64,000 bases of DNA from Antechinus flavipes (GCF_016432865.1 NC_067401.1:185318001-185382000); one strand, 5' to 3'; counted from the first letter of the stretch, positions 24,182 through 42,433 are shown. The notes: generated by a model from the letters alone, not told the origin. A program made the numbers and translations.

Positions 24182-25276
24182 AGGCCACAAAATGCCAGGA
24201 GGATATACATATGCATCTCCCACCCTTAAGGCAGTAACCCCCACAATTATATTACCTTCAGGTGACTGGACACCTGAATTCTGAGGGACCTAGTTATGAG
24301 TGAATGCTGGATTACTTTAGTATCGAAGATAAAAATTTTTATATATTGTATGTTTTATAAAATTAAACTCGGACTTTGAGCATTGGTGCCATTTTCTGAT
24401 TCTCTCTACAGGGAATTGTCAGCAGGGCCTAGATCTGTTTCTCTACATAAGACTTGCCCAGTTGGGGATGGGGAACGCTGTGATTATGTTTAACCATTCC
24501 CCAGAACTATTTCCAATCAAGCCTGGAGTCTTATATAACAAGGATGGGGAAGGCTCTAAGGGTCAAAAGTCAGGAATCCCACCTGAAAAGACAGCATTAG
24601 CTTAGGTTCTGGTTAGCTGTCTCTCTCCACATCTTTGGTTATTGCCTATATTAGTGTACAAGTATCCACCTCCTTTCATCTTGAGGGGTCTATAGACCCC
24701 TGAGTACCTTGATAGGAGAGGGTGTTTGAAGGGGACTAGGCAAGAAGAGATACTTTTCTAGGATAAATAGGTGAGAAATATATCTGGGAATCAAAAGGAA
24801 AAGAGGAGGAACAAAGTTCCTTTTGAGCTCTGCCAAGAAATCAGAGATCCTATCATGGTGATGAATAATAGGACCATAGGTATAAAACTAGTTAGCCATA
24901 GCTGATATTTTCATGGTCCAAAGCCACTATTAATAAGGTCTCATGTCTTGTTATTTTCCTCAGCCTGGATTGCTCTGAGGGCTAAACCTTTTCCTTGAAG
25001 CTCCTCACCACTGGAGCAAGAAGCTAAGAAGAGTGAGGGGAGGACTGGGAAGTATGGGGATTGCTGTTTACTCTAACAAATAAAGTTACCACAGAGCAAT
25101 CAAAGGGTGGGGGGAGCACAGCTCCAAAATTTTTTTCAGTTTTAGGGATGAGAGGAACCCAGGTCAAAAGAAAAAGGAATAAAGACAATACTGGGGGGGG
25201 GGGGAGGGGAAGGGAGAGGAAGGAGGCTTTGAGATACTGTTTTGGCTAGAAAGAGAGGAAAGTAGCACCCCAGATA

Positions 25277-28200
25277 CTATTGATGCTTCTTTTCCCATTT
25301 GTGAGGAATCCTGACATTCCAGTAATAAAGGAGCTGGAAAGCAATGAGACCATTGCAGATGGAGGACACAATAAAAGTCACAGCCATGAGGGGGTCACCT
25401 GTTTCCTGAGGATAAAATAGAAACAAAAAATTACAACAGAGTTGGAAAGTGAGCAGAAAGTCCAATCCATTTAGGAGACCTGAAGCCAGGGAGATTTAAA
25501 TGATTTGCCAAGGCCAAAGAGGTAGTAAGTTTTAGAGGCAGTGGAATCTTAATCCCCATTCTGAAAGAGCCTAAATAATCTAATTTTCAGGAATAAATTG
25601 ACATTTCACCAGTAGGGCCTCTAAGAAGGTAGAGAGTTCTTGGAGGGGATCCTCACCTGGAGAGAAGTGAAGATTCGGGCAAGAGAGCCAGCAAAGAGTA
25701 AGAAAACGGTGATTGCTGACAGGTGACCTGTGTGGCCATTTTTGTAGTTGGTGATCACTTGGAGCAACTAAAGAAAATCAAAAAACCTTTGTGCTCATCC
25801 ATTTCCTGTCCTTTCCCCATCATTTAGTGATCCTTCACCTCTACCCCCATTCCTACCCTTTGCCCATTTCCTTACCCCTCCCCTATTTTGTCCCTCTCCA
25901 TCCCTACTCCAAAAACCCTCTTTCCCCTCCTCCACACTCACCCTCCCCATGATCACAGCGGGCATATTGGTGGCCTGAAGCAGGGTGACCACAGCCTTAG
26001 GCATCAGAGGTGAGAGTAATACCAACAGGATCAGGACATAAATGCCTAGTAAGGCCATACCTGGAGTAGTGCCAGGGAAAGATTAACTGACAATTCATTT
26101 TCACATCTTCCAGTTTGCCTACTTTCCCTGCTTTGTTCCCACGGAAAGCCTCAACCCTTCTTCCATTATGGTGCCCTAAAATCTTTCATGCCCCATCCAT
26201 GCAGGATTGTAGGGAACCCAGCCCAGAGCTTCCCCTATTTCTCCCTTATTTGGGGGGGAGGGGGAGGGTACCTCTCATGGTATGTCCTCTGTAGTGTAGG
26301 ATCAGGAAACAGATGGTAATGGTCTGTAGCATTAAGAACAAGGCCTCACCCCAAGAGCTGAAGGGAATCCAAGACATGGGTCAGAGCTGGACCCAATTCT
26401 CCTAATCCTATGGTCTTCCTGAGGTCTACATCTCCCAAGGGTTATCCTTTATCAAAGGAAGTGCCCATCTGAGGTTCAAGAGAGTTACCTAACATCATTA
26501 TCTCTCTGGGAAGTTGGCAGCCAGAAACTTAAGGCTGTCCTTCCCATAGCTTCTGACCCCTGACTGATCTAATTTCCTCAGTTCCCAGAGCTTTGAATAC
26601 ATAATAGTCTCATTAACTGTTTGCTTTTAAGGGGGAAAAGGGGAGAGAAAGGGAGAAAGATGGGTAGAGAACATTCTAGTTCTTCACACTCCTGAGGAAG
26701 TAGTTATTACATTCCCAAAGCCATTTAGGCCCCTCGGTCACCTGAATGGGAAGCTGTTGGCCACACTATAGACGATGGTCCCTGTCAAGGCCACCAGTTC
26801 TAGAAGAACTGCCTGGAGGCTCAGTCCTTCTGTGCTCTTCACTCTCAGAATTTTAAATACCTGAGGTAGTTTCACTGTGAGAGGGCAAACAGAAAATAAA
26901 AAAAGTCATAGCCTGTGAATATAGATTCCACTCCCTTCCCAGCTATATTTGCTTTTTGAGGAAAAAAGGGGCCAAATTCACTTGGTGATCAGGGAGGCCA
27001 TCTCTGATTCCCAATGGATACTCACCTAGCAATGAGCCAGCAACAATGCCAAATCCCAGGCCTTTGCTGATTAGTATCTTGAGACAGGGAACTGGAAGGG
27101 AGTGAGAAAAAGAAAAGAGAGAGATGTTAATAAAGACAAAGCCAAGGTAGAAACTACACCAACCCTCATGTCCCAAAGCCTTCTCTGAAGGCAGAGGCCT
27201 GTGCCTGCCTTCCAATGCCAAGAAACCAAAAGGTATAGGAAGAGAGAAGATTGTAGAGTGTCCACACCCCATCTTTCCCCATACCCTGTCTACTTTTAGC
27301 CCAGCCTTGGGGACACTACCTCTCTCTACTGCTCTTCTTTGAGAACTACCTGGGAAGATAGCCTCATAGAGTCTAAGGCCTTAGGGAAAAATGGGACACC
27401 CTACCCTCCCTGCACCATTCTCCTACCTTGGCTAATGTCCCAGTTCTTCCTGCACAACACTGTCAGACTCAGGAAAACTTCAGGATTTGAAATTAAGAGA
27501 TCTGGATCTTCTAATTGTTACCTCTGTGACCTTGGACAAATAAGTTAAAATCTCTGAGTCTATTTCCTCATCTGTTTGATGAGGGGACTAGAGAGAAGAT
27601 CTCAAAAACCTCTTAGAACTCTAAATCTTATGTTACTCCTCTCTAGTTCAGTTTTCTTACTTTCTACAAGTATATAATACTTGTACAAACCAACCCACTT
27701 CGCTGATGCTGTGAGAAAAATACTTCAAAAACCTTAAAACCCTGTGTGACCCACTATTATTATCCTGATGCACCTGCCCTGAAACCTTCAATGGTGCTCT
27801 CTCCCTATCAGTCATTCAAAAGTAATCTCTACTGTTACCCTTGGCCAAGCCTCAGTGCTGACTTTTCCCCACTACTGATGAGCTTTTGATTTTACTCTTA
27901 CTCTTACTCAGAACACTCTGCCCAAACCCTTCCAAACTCACTTATTGATTATTCCATCTTGATCCTCGTTCTGTCTGAGTGTTAAGCCTCTTCTCTTTCT
28001 ATGGTCTCTCACTTAGTGGATTTATTTATTAGCCACAATGTGTTTCTCTATGAAGATGACTATCACAATGATCTTTATATCTGGCCCAAATCTTTCTCCT
28101 GAACTCCAGTAACAAATTATTGCCTGTTACACATTTCAAAATAGATATTCCACAGACACTTCAAACTTAAAATGTTCAAAACAGAATTCATTATCTTTTC

Positions 28201-30415
28201 CCCAGAAGGCCCATCTGTCTTCCTTACTCAGGGAATACTTCTGGTCACGTGGATTGACAAAGCTGCTGCTACTAACAATAATAGTTAGCTTACCACTTTA
28301 AGGTTTGCAAAGTGCTTTACAAATTGTTATCTATTTTGTTCCTTACAACAATTTAGTGAGTCAGGTGTTATTTTGTAGACAAAAAAAGAGGTACAGAGAG
28401 AGTAAATAACTTGCCTGGGGTCGCACAATTCAAGTCTGAGGCTGGTTTTGAATTGAGGTCTTCCTGTTGAATCCAATAACCTATTTACTCTGCCACCTTG
28501 CTGACTTGGTGTTAATCTTAATTTTTCACATTCCCTCACTCCCTATACAATTAATTGTCAAATTTTGTCTCTAGTACTTTAACAACATTTTTCATTCTAT
28601 TTCCTGGTGACTCAAGAAGCAACCACTCTATATGAATGTTATGGAATATTATTGTTCTGTAAGAAATGACCAGCAGGATGAATACAGAGAGGCTTGGAGA
28701 GACTTACATGAACTGATGCTAAGTGAAATGAGCAGAACCAGGAGATCACTTTACACTTCCACATCGATATTGTATGAGGATGTATTCTGATGGAAGTGGA
28801 TTTCTTTGACAAAGACTCAATTTCAATTGATAAAGAATGGACAGAAGCAGCTACACCCAAAGAAAGAACACTGGGAAACGAATGTGAACTATTTGCATTT
28901 TTGTTTTTCTTTTCGAGTTGTTTTTTACCTTCTGAATCCAATTCTCCCTATGCAACAAGAGAACTGCTCTGTTCTGCACACATATATTGTACCTAGGATA
29001 TACTGCAACATATTTAACATGTAAAGGACTGTTTGCCATCTAGGGGAGGGGGTGGAGGGAGGGAGGGGAAAAATCGGAACAGAAGCGAGTGCAAGGGATA
29101 ATGTTGTAAAAAAAAAAAAAAATTACCCTGGTATGGATTCTGTCAATATAAAGTTATTATAAAATAAAATAAAATATTAAAAAAAAAAAAGAAGAAGAAG
29201 AAGCCACCACTCCAGTTCAAGTACTTAGCACTTGGTCCTTTTCTCCTGAGTTTCTTTTCTTTCAAATTCATTCTCTACCAAAGCAATTTCTGATCATGTC
29301 TATTCAATAATTTTGAGCGGTTGCTTAAATTAACTTTAGGATCAAACAAAAATTCTTCTGTTTCGGCTTCTCAACCTGAGCCCAATTTATCTTTCCAACT
29401 TGATTATGTATTACTCCTATTCATATAGTCAATGGTCCAGCAAACCACGCTTCTTATTGTTCTTATTCTTTAAATAAATGATATCTCCAACTTTTTCACA
29501 AGTTTTTCCTGGAATTTGGAGTATTCATCTACCTCCCCGATGAGCTCCAAAAGGAGCCCTGATACTGTACAACTTAAGTGGTCCTTGCCCCACTATTAGC
29601 ACATTACCTTACCCAGGGGAGGAGGATAACTTATGGGCTTGTTTTATAACATCATACGTAACAACAATGTGGAAGACAATCTGCTTTAAATGATCAGAGT
29701 TCTGGACTTGAGACAAAATACATGCATACTTATACCCATATATCTAAGTAAATCTCTCTACACGTTGACAAATAAGGATACATAGATATATCTCGCCATT
29801 TATTATGGAGACCTAGGTTCAAATCTTAACTTTTCCGTGTGACCTTGGGCAAATCACTTTACTTCTCCAACCTCACGGTCTTTATTACAAATAGATACAT
29901 TCAAACCTCTGCAAAATATATCACTCAGCCACGTGGTGTAAAATAAATAAACTAATGAATGGAAGGTGTGTTAAAATATCAGCTCTACAGTCATTATTAG
30001 GGGAGACTTAATCTTAGCAATTTCGGTATCAACTTATTAACCAGAAAATTTAATTAAAAGACAGCAGTGGCTCTTACTGGAGACTTCATTAACCACGCCC
30101 CCGCCCACGGCCCCTATAAAAGGAACCCGGCTTCCCTTCCCACGTGGGATTGAAGGCACTTCCTCCCTGCCCACATGGCCACCCTAAGTCACTACCATTC
30201 GAAAGGTCATGACAGTAGCTGCCATAATCTCGTGGTTTGATACGATACCCCATTCTAAGCCCACCTCACATCCCGGTATTCGGAGGACCACATGATCCTA
30301 GAGAGAGCTCACCATCGAGCAAATCCAAGTGAATAAAAAACCGATCGTAACATTTCTCGGGCAGAAGAAAAGGCACCAGAAGCTGCTTTAAAGGACCTTC
30401 CGCTTCCTCCGCCAT
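25277..30415 (-). CDS. MPDU1: Mannose-P-dolichol utilization defect 1 (PQ-loop membrane protein), 248 aa
   Basis: Exons (-) 30415-30313, 27091-27026, 26874-26742, 26357-26272, 26060-25942, 25767-25657, 25405-25277; 747 nt. [24 protein letters not shown]...[10 protein letters not shown]...[15 protein letters not shown] matches MPDU1. Confidence 0.96.
28629..29197 (+). mobile_element. 5'-truncated young LINE-1 in MPDU1 intron 1, with TSD
   Basis: Reverse-complement homolog of the 2752-3361 copy; A-rich tail; 15-bp TSD AAGAAGC(A/C)ACCACTC at 28614-28628 and 29198-29212 with one mismatch. Confidence 0.9.
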
Positions 30416-30800
30416 CTTGAAAACTGATCTTTTCCGCCTGCCCATCCCTTCCACCTCCCCGCCCGGCCTGCCATTAAACTTTATACGCAGACGCATGCGC
30501 GTTTTCATACTTCCGATTCCTTTTCTCTTGCATTCTCGCTTGTGCGCACCCTAGCATTCTTTCCCCCGGAAGTGTTTGTCTTCAAGGCGTAAAGCGCCCC
30601 TTTTACATTTTTCTCTTAAAAAGGAGTTGCTGGTGGTGGTGGAGGGAGGGAGGGACGGATTGGGGTGGACGGAATTTTAAAAAGCATGTGCTGTTTACAC
30701 TCAAATTTGAGGATCCGTTTTCGTGAATGAGATAAAGCTCATCACCAGGGAGGGCGCCCTTGGCGCCATTTTGTCGATTTCCTCCCAATCTGATTCTTTT
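30080..30800. promoter_or_regulatory. MPDU1 CpG promoter region with elements facing both directions
   Basis: NRF1-like ACGCATGCGC 30491-30500; ETS CCGGAAGTG 30566-30574; YY1-type CGCCATTTT 30764-30772; CCAAT 30785-30789; plus-strand GC boxes and TATAAAA at 30093-30121. Confidence 0.7.
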
Positions 30801-32346
30801 GTCTTAGGCCTGGAGTTTAAAGCCCAAATACTTTCCCAATTTTTTTAAACCAGAGCCTCTCAAATGACCAGAACCCACCCTCAAAGAGGTTGTTCTGGTG
30901 TACTAGGCCTTATACTTGTCCCTCCTGTGATTTTTCCAGAGCCCTGGCAATAGCCTTGCCCACATCATGTAGTGGGAAAAGATTTTAATGGAATTATCCT
31001 CCAACAAGGTTATTATCCTTATAACCCCAGAGTTCAGAAGTAACTTTCTTCAAATTAAGTCACTGCTGGCAGTCATCTTGCATCTTTATGTTTATGGATT
31101 ATTTCTCATCAAGCTCTTCCACTGTCATGAAAGTCCTTTTCTGGGGTTTCTGGGGGTAAGGTACTTGGAACGGGCCCATCTGAGAGGCCATCCAAACTGT
31201 CCAGTAAGACCATATTTGGCAATGTATGAACAGAAGTCGGAAAGTGCAGGGCCATTTTGTGGAAGTACGGGTTTTATACCCCGTGTCCGTCTAGGGGTAG
31301 TGAGTGGGATGCTATTGCAAATATAACGCTCTCTAGCAGCTCTTTAGTGTCTTCTATTCGAAGGACATTGTGATATGTAGGAGACAGTGGTGGGATTGCT
31401 GGACTCCCTCCCATGTTACTCTTGTCCAAGTAATGCATTATCACACTTTATTTGGGAGTCATAGGTTCTATATCCCCAGAGAAGTACCTGATTATTATTA
31501 CAAATACAATCTGATATTTTTAATTGATCCAGATCTAGAAATGGATGCAGGGTACCATTCTACAACTGATGCTAGGCTTTGGGAGCCTGGCCTTAGCAGG
31601 CAGTTCAGACTAGAGATTTACCCCTCCCAAAAGCCTCTCAAGGTAAGTCAGGGTAGCTTTTTCTCCTATTTGATAATGGCAATGGAAACAATATAAGAGG
31701 GAATACAAGCAAGCTCTGATGTAATGATTGGCAATCTTCTGCTGGCTCCAAAGCCAATGATGGAGCTGATGAAAAGCAAAATACTGTTTATATGCTCCTT
31801 ACTCATAGTCATTACTACCTGCTCTCTGCATTGTTTAGGACCAACGTGAGGGATGTGCCAAGGAAAAGATTCAGAGGGCCTACACTGCTCAGCCCCAAAG
31901 GAAAAAGGGGGAGAAGGCAAAGATGTGGGATGTACTGTGTCAGGCATCAGGGAAAATACACATACACACCCCGCTTTTCACTGATCATACTTCTTGAAAG
32001 TACATTAGGAACAAAGAACCAGACATAAGGCAAAGCAATTGTGATCTTTAATCATTGCAAAGTGGACAAGCTAAGGAAAATGCATTTTTTCACATGATCC
32101 TATGAAGATACTTCTGTCAAATCCAATAAAAACTCTTATTACCCAATTATTTATTTTGTCTTTTGAGACACCCCCCCCAAAAAAAAAAAAAAAAAAAAAG
32201 AGTACCGGTAGAGGGGAATTGAAGCTCCATCCTAGAACTAATAAGGTAGAGAAAATGGAAAAAAGAGTGATAGCTGAAGGTTGAGGTGAGAGAATGGAAT
32301 AAGAACATCCCCACCAGCATGAAGAGAATAAGGGAATCACGAGCTT

Positions 32347-34288
32347 TCAGAGAGGCTGGTAGGCTGGTGGGCGTCTTCGGGAAACACAGAAGGCACTAAG
32401 CACAAGGATGAGCAAAGTGAGGAGGACGAGACCCACCACAAGAGGCACTAGGATCTTGAACTCAGCAGAGCAGGAGAAAGCTAGGGAGAAAAAAAGGGAG
32501 AGGTAATGTGAACAGTAAGGTACCCAGGAGTAGGTTGTAGTGGGGGGGGGAAGGAATTGATGGAAAGGGTCTTGGAATCCACTCCCTAACATGTGGTAAA
32601 CCTTCTAGTGCTTAAACTCAGAATGGAGGGAGAGAGAAGGGTTATTATTCATGGGTTTTCCAGGTGAAGGGGATCTTAGAACTTGTCTAACCAGTTCATT
32701 TTGCAGATGGGAGAACTGAGGCCCAGAAAATTTAATTACACAACCAGTTAGAATTCAAATCTAAGTCTTTTCTACTTTGTTACCTTCCGATGCCTAAATG
32801 TGTATATTAAGAACAGATGCCTGCATAAGGAGGACATCTTTGGTGGGACCAGTGGATATGCATTTCTAATCCAGCTGAGAGGGAAGACATTTGGGAAAGG
32901 AAGAAATCAGAGAAGGGGAAGGAGTTACTTCCCTGGAAAAGATACTTCCTTATACACAATAGGCCCTAATATTTAATTGGATTAAAGTGATGAATTGGGT
33001 GATAGGTGGAAGATATGAACAGGGTGGCATCTTACCTAAGCCAAAGGCCCCGTTTGGGAGAAGCTGAGCTGCCTGTAGCTGCAGAGATAGCAAGTCGAGG
33101 TGGATCTCTGGGGAGAGGGCTATACTTCTATTTCTACAACAGAAGCTATGACCCAGTGGTGCCTGGAGATCCTGGAGTGATGAATTCTCTGCTGAGAATG
33201 TCCACCCTGATTTAAGGAGTGTGAGAGATCAGTAATTTAATAGATTTTTTTCCCCCTCCATCCATTTCCTTTCAGTAAACAGTTAGCTTGTGGGAGTACT
33301 TACGAATTGCAGAGGGGAAGGACACATTGAATTCTGTTGCCAAGTAGCTCAGGTAGACACTTTTCATGATCGAGTCCTAGAAGGATCGATGATAAATTTA
33401 AGTATTTCATGGAGAAAGGATCAAAGAAGAGGTTATCTTTTGACCGTTAAAACTGTACCTGCTTGAAGCCAAAGATGAGTTTTCCATCAGGAAAAGATAG
33501 ATTTAAGCTGGAATGATTCCCCTCACAGCCTCCCTGAGCAACTGTTCTGTTGGGGTTCAGGATAAAAACGCCCCAAAGCTGAAGAGGGAAAACAAAACGC
33601 TGTCGATTTACTGCTATCATCTTCCCCTTCTGTTTTTTCCCTTCTTCCTCTGCCCTCTCCTTGGTTCCCCCTCACCCAGTCCCCACCTTATCAGAAGATT
33701 GTCCCCTCTCTATAGATCTGACCTTTTCTCCATCATGGCTCTGGTACAGGACCCTCATCTGGATCTGAGCCCGGAGGCGAACACAGAGCTGGGAACCATT
33801 GGCCCCAAAGTAGTCTCCAACAGTCCCACTGGGGCCAGACGTGGGTTTGGGGAAAGGAGAAACTGGCACTGACTGTGACGGGTTGATGGTTGAGGTGTTT
33901 CTGGGGCTTGTAGTTACACGAGTAATAGCTGTTCTTTCACTTGTGGATGGAGGACTGGTAGCAGTTCTGTTACTGTCTGGGGTAGTGGCAGCTGTGGTGA
34001 TCCTGTGGGTTGTGCTTGTCCTCCCATGGCTTGTGGTTGCAGGTCTGGCAGTACTCCTCTCTGTGACTATGGTTGTCACCGTGAATGATGGCACCAGTGT
34101 AACAGCCTTCTTATGGGGACATTCACCCACTGCCCCCTGATCTTTGAGGAAACTTGGAGTTAAGGGCATATCAGCCCTGAGAGAGAATAGAAATACAATC
34201 TGCCATAGCATCCCGAACCATGCCACCCTTCCCCCATACCTGCTAGCAATCCCATCAAGATACTGGAAAATAACAGAGATAGTCTCAT
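32347..34288 (-). CDS. CD68: CD68 / macrosialin (mucin + LAMP domain, TM, YxxPhi tail), 321 aa
   Basis: Exons (-) 34288-34240, 34141-33723, 33578-33459, 33376-33304, 33206-33036, 32480-32347; 966 nt. Signal peptide MRLSLLFSSILMGLLA, CPHKK, Thr-rich mucin, NGSQLCVRLRAQIQ, tail SRRRPPAYQPL*. Confidence 0.95.
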
Positions 34289-34289
34289 G

Positions 34290-34560
34290 TTAAAGCAGAT
34301 TGCCAAGGATTATCTTCCTCTGGAGTTCTCTCTTCTCTGCACCAAAGAGTTGATTCACTCTACTGTCTTGTCTTTTAAGGGAAATATGAAACTTACTTCC
34401 TAGTAACTAACCCTCCACCCCCATTCTGATTCAGGCACCTCAGGCTCACCAGACTCAGTGCTGAGTCAAGAATTTCTCAATCCTTAATTTGCCTCAACCA
34501 GTGTTGTCATGAGTTTCCTTTCAGACTAAGAGGAAGCTGAAGGGATGTATGGGGGTGACA
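34290..34560 (-). promoter_or_regulatory. CD68 TATA-less myeloid-type promoter
   Basis: AP-1 TGAGTCA 34462-34468; ETS cores ACTTCCT at about 34395-34401 and CTTCCTC at about 34314-34320; immediately upstream of the CD68 ATG. Confidence 0.55.
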
Positions 34561-35551
34561 TTAATGGCTGGAGGAACAGAGAAATAAATGCCAGTCTTAT
34601 GATTATGGGTGGGGAATTAGGTTTGAAGGAAACAGATGTGGCATAGGAAGATAAGGATAGGGTTGCCCAAGTGGACGGGGGAGGACATCTCCCCCTCCCT
34701 TTTTACATTATATACTCCCACCCCACTATGTTCCTTTCAATAGCTTAGCTATAAAAGCTGTTTAGATATCCATCATACTACTTATGACTTTCCCCATTTT
34801 CTAAATGGGACACATACTAGAGAACAATTAGGACTCCAATATGGAGACATGTCATCTTATACCTAGATTAAGAGCTATTACCCTGGTTATGGGACTCCAG
34901 TGAACCCTACCTAGAAAATGGGTTGAGGAAAGGGGTAGATAAAAAAATAAGAAGCCCAAACAGGCAGTTTCCAAGTAATTTTATTCAGAACTTTGTGGTT
35001 TCTCTCCTGAATCAATAAATACTATACAAAAACAATGTAAAAATGACTACTTTCTCTCCCCTGCTTCCTTTACCTGGGGAGGGGAGCCAACCCAGAGAAT
35101 GATTTCAGCCTCAAGGGAGGGATGGGTGGATCCCCCAAATTTGTCCAGGAACAGGTGTATATGTGGGGGTGGGGAGGTAGAGTGACCAGTCATGGCCTCT
35201 CAACTACCTTTTGGTGGAAGTGGGGGAGAAGAGTTATTCGGCTGCTGGGAATGGAGGACAGACTGGCTTTGAAACAGTGAAAGGGTTGGATTAGTGTTCT
35301 GGAATAAGGGAATCAATTGGGGAAGGTGACGGCGCCAAGGGCATAAACCTGCCCCAAAAGAAAAGGGTGTCTAAAGGTTCACAGTTCCTTTTGCCTCAAA
35401 AATTGACATTTATTCAAAGTCAAAAAAAAAAAAAAAAAAAAAAAGGAAAAAATGACAAAGGTGTCCATCCCTTGTTCCCCCCTCCCATCCAGCTCCCCCT
35501 CCCCCCAACCCAGAGAGCAGGGCCCTGGGTGAAATCAGGTGGGGAAGCCCC

Positions 35552-41245
<5,694 letters not shown>

Positions 41246-41249
41246 GATC

Positions 41250-41620
41250 CTGGGAACTAGGGCGGAGGATCCGCCTCTCGACAACTTATAGAGCACCCAA
41301 CCCCGCCCCAGCCATCGCATTGGCTCCGTGGCCCGGGCCCCGCCTGCCGCCACCCAGCAACGCGCCGTGACGCTGGCCCACGGACACCGTGCTGGGCAGC
41401 TTCCATTGGCCTACTTCGATGTACATCAGACTAGAGACCCGCCCCACGCCTTCATTGGCCAGGAATGCCGCTCTTCTCATTCATTCGGAAATGACGTTTA
41501 GGAGATGAGCCTCGAGGCTGGACGGCCATCTTGCCCCCCACGTGTGGCAGCTATGTGTCCTGATCACGTGCCTACATCCACCATCACGTGAGAACAGGTT
41601 GACTCTTAGATTCCCGAGAC
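41250..41620 (-). promoter_or_regulatory. EIF4A1 promoter (TATA, CCAAT x3, E-box x3)
   Basis: TATAAG at 41290-41285 (-); ATTGG at about 41319, 41405 and 41454; CACGTG at 41539, 41565 and 41585; CpG island extends into intron 1 to about 39990. Confidence 0.8.
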
Positions 41621-42347
41621 TTCCGGGTTTCAGGGTAGTTATTATATTTCGGTAGTCGTCTTGCTTCATCAAAGCACAAGTGCATGGGCCCGAGAACTAA
41701 TCACCCAGCTCAAAACTTTTCATCAGCAACTCCTTCAAAACTTGAAAAATTTTTTTAAATGACTCACCGTTCCATCCCATTCCTAAACACCCCCCTACTC
41801 GACAAATAATTTTTAACTGGTTGTGTTTTTTAAAAAATTATACAACAGCAGCATCGGCCAAAGGATATATGAGAAGCCTACACCCTCTTAAATAAACTTA
41901 AAGAGGTTATAGAAAAGATTGAAAACTCAGGGCATTACGCTAATCCCACTGAGAGTTCTGTTGCCTCTTCTTTAAAGAATTTCCTACCTTAAACCGATCC
42001 CTCCCCCCATTCTAGTTCTCCAAATAACTTTGAAGTTGACATCTTTGTCCTGAGTTTTGAGTCCTTGAGTTTTTGGTTACCAGGAAAGTGTTACATGGCA
42101 AGACAGACTTCTGAAATCTGCCTTAAAAACTCCCCTTAATTAGGTAAAAGGGAAGAAGACAAATCATTGTTACCTGAAGAGAAACATTACCTATAATTCC
42201 TAGGCACAATCTGACAATGACCATATACCTCTGCATCCGACTTTTGGGTAGAAAAAGATCATTTGATCTTCAACCTGCATCCAGCAAGATATCCACCATA
42301 CACAATCTCCAAAGGATCCTTTATTGACCACAGTAGGATCACTGACT

Positions 42348-42433
42348 GTTTATATACATACATATATATTTACACACATACACACATACACACACACACC
42401 CACACACACATCCATCTATCTATATATATATGT
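42348..42433. repeat. Compound (TA)n/(CA)n microsatellite in SENP3 3' UTR
   Basis: tatatacatacatatatatttacacacatacacacatacacacacacacccacacacacatccatctatctatatatata seen directly. Confidence 0.85.

Noticed and set aside
31380-31520. YLDKSNMGG and NNNQVL motifs reminiscent of mononegavirus L (YLDPSIGG, GDNQ)
   Set aside because: Spacing is about 30 aa instead of about 100, they lie in different frames, and the catalytic GD is absent; kept only as an unassigned segment.
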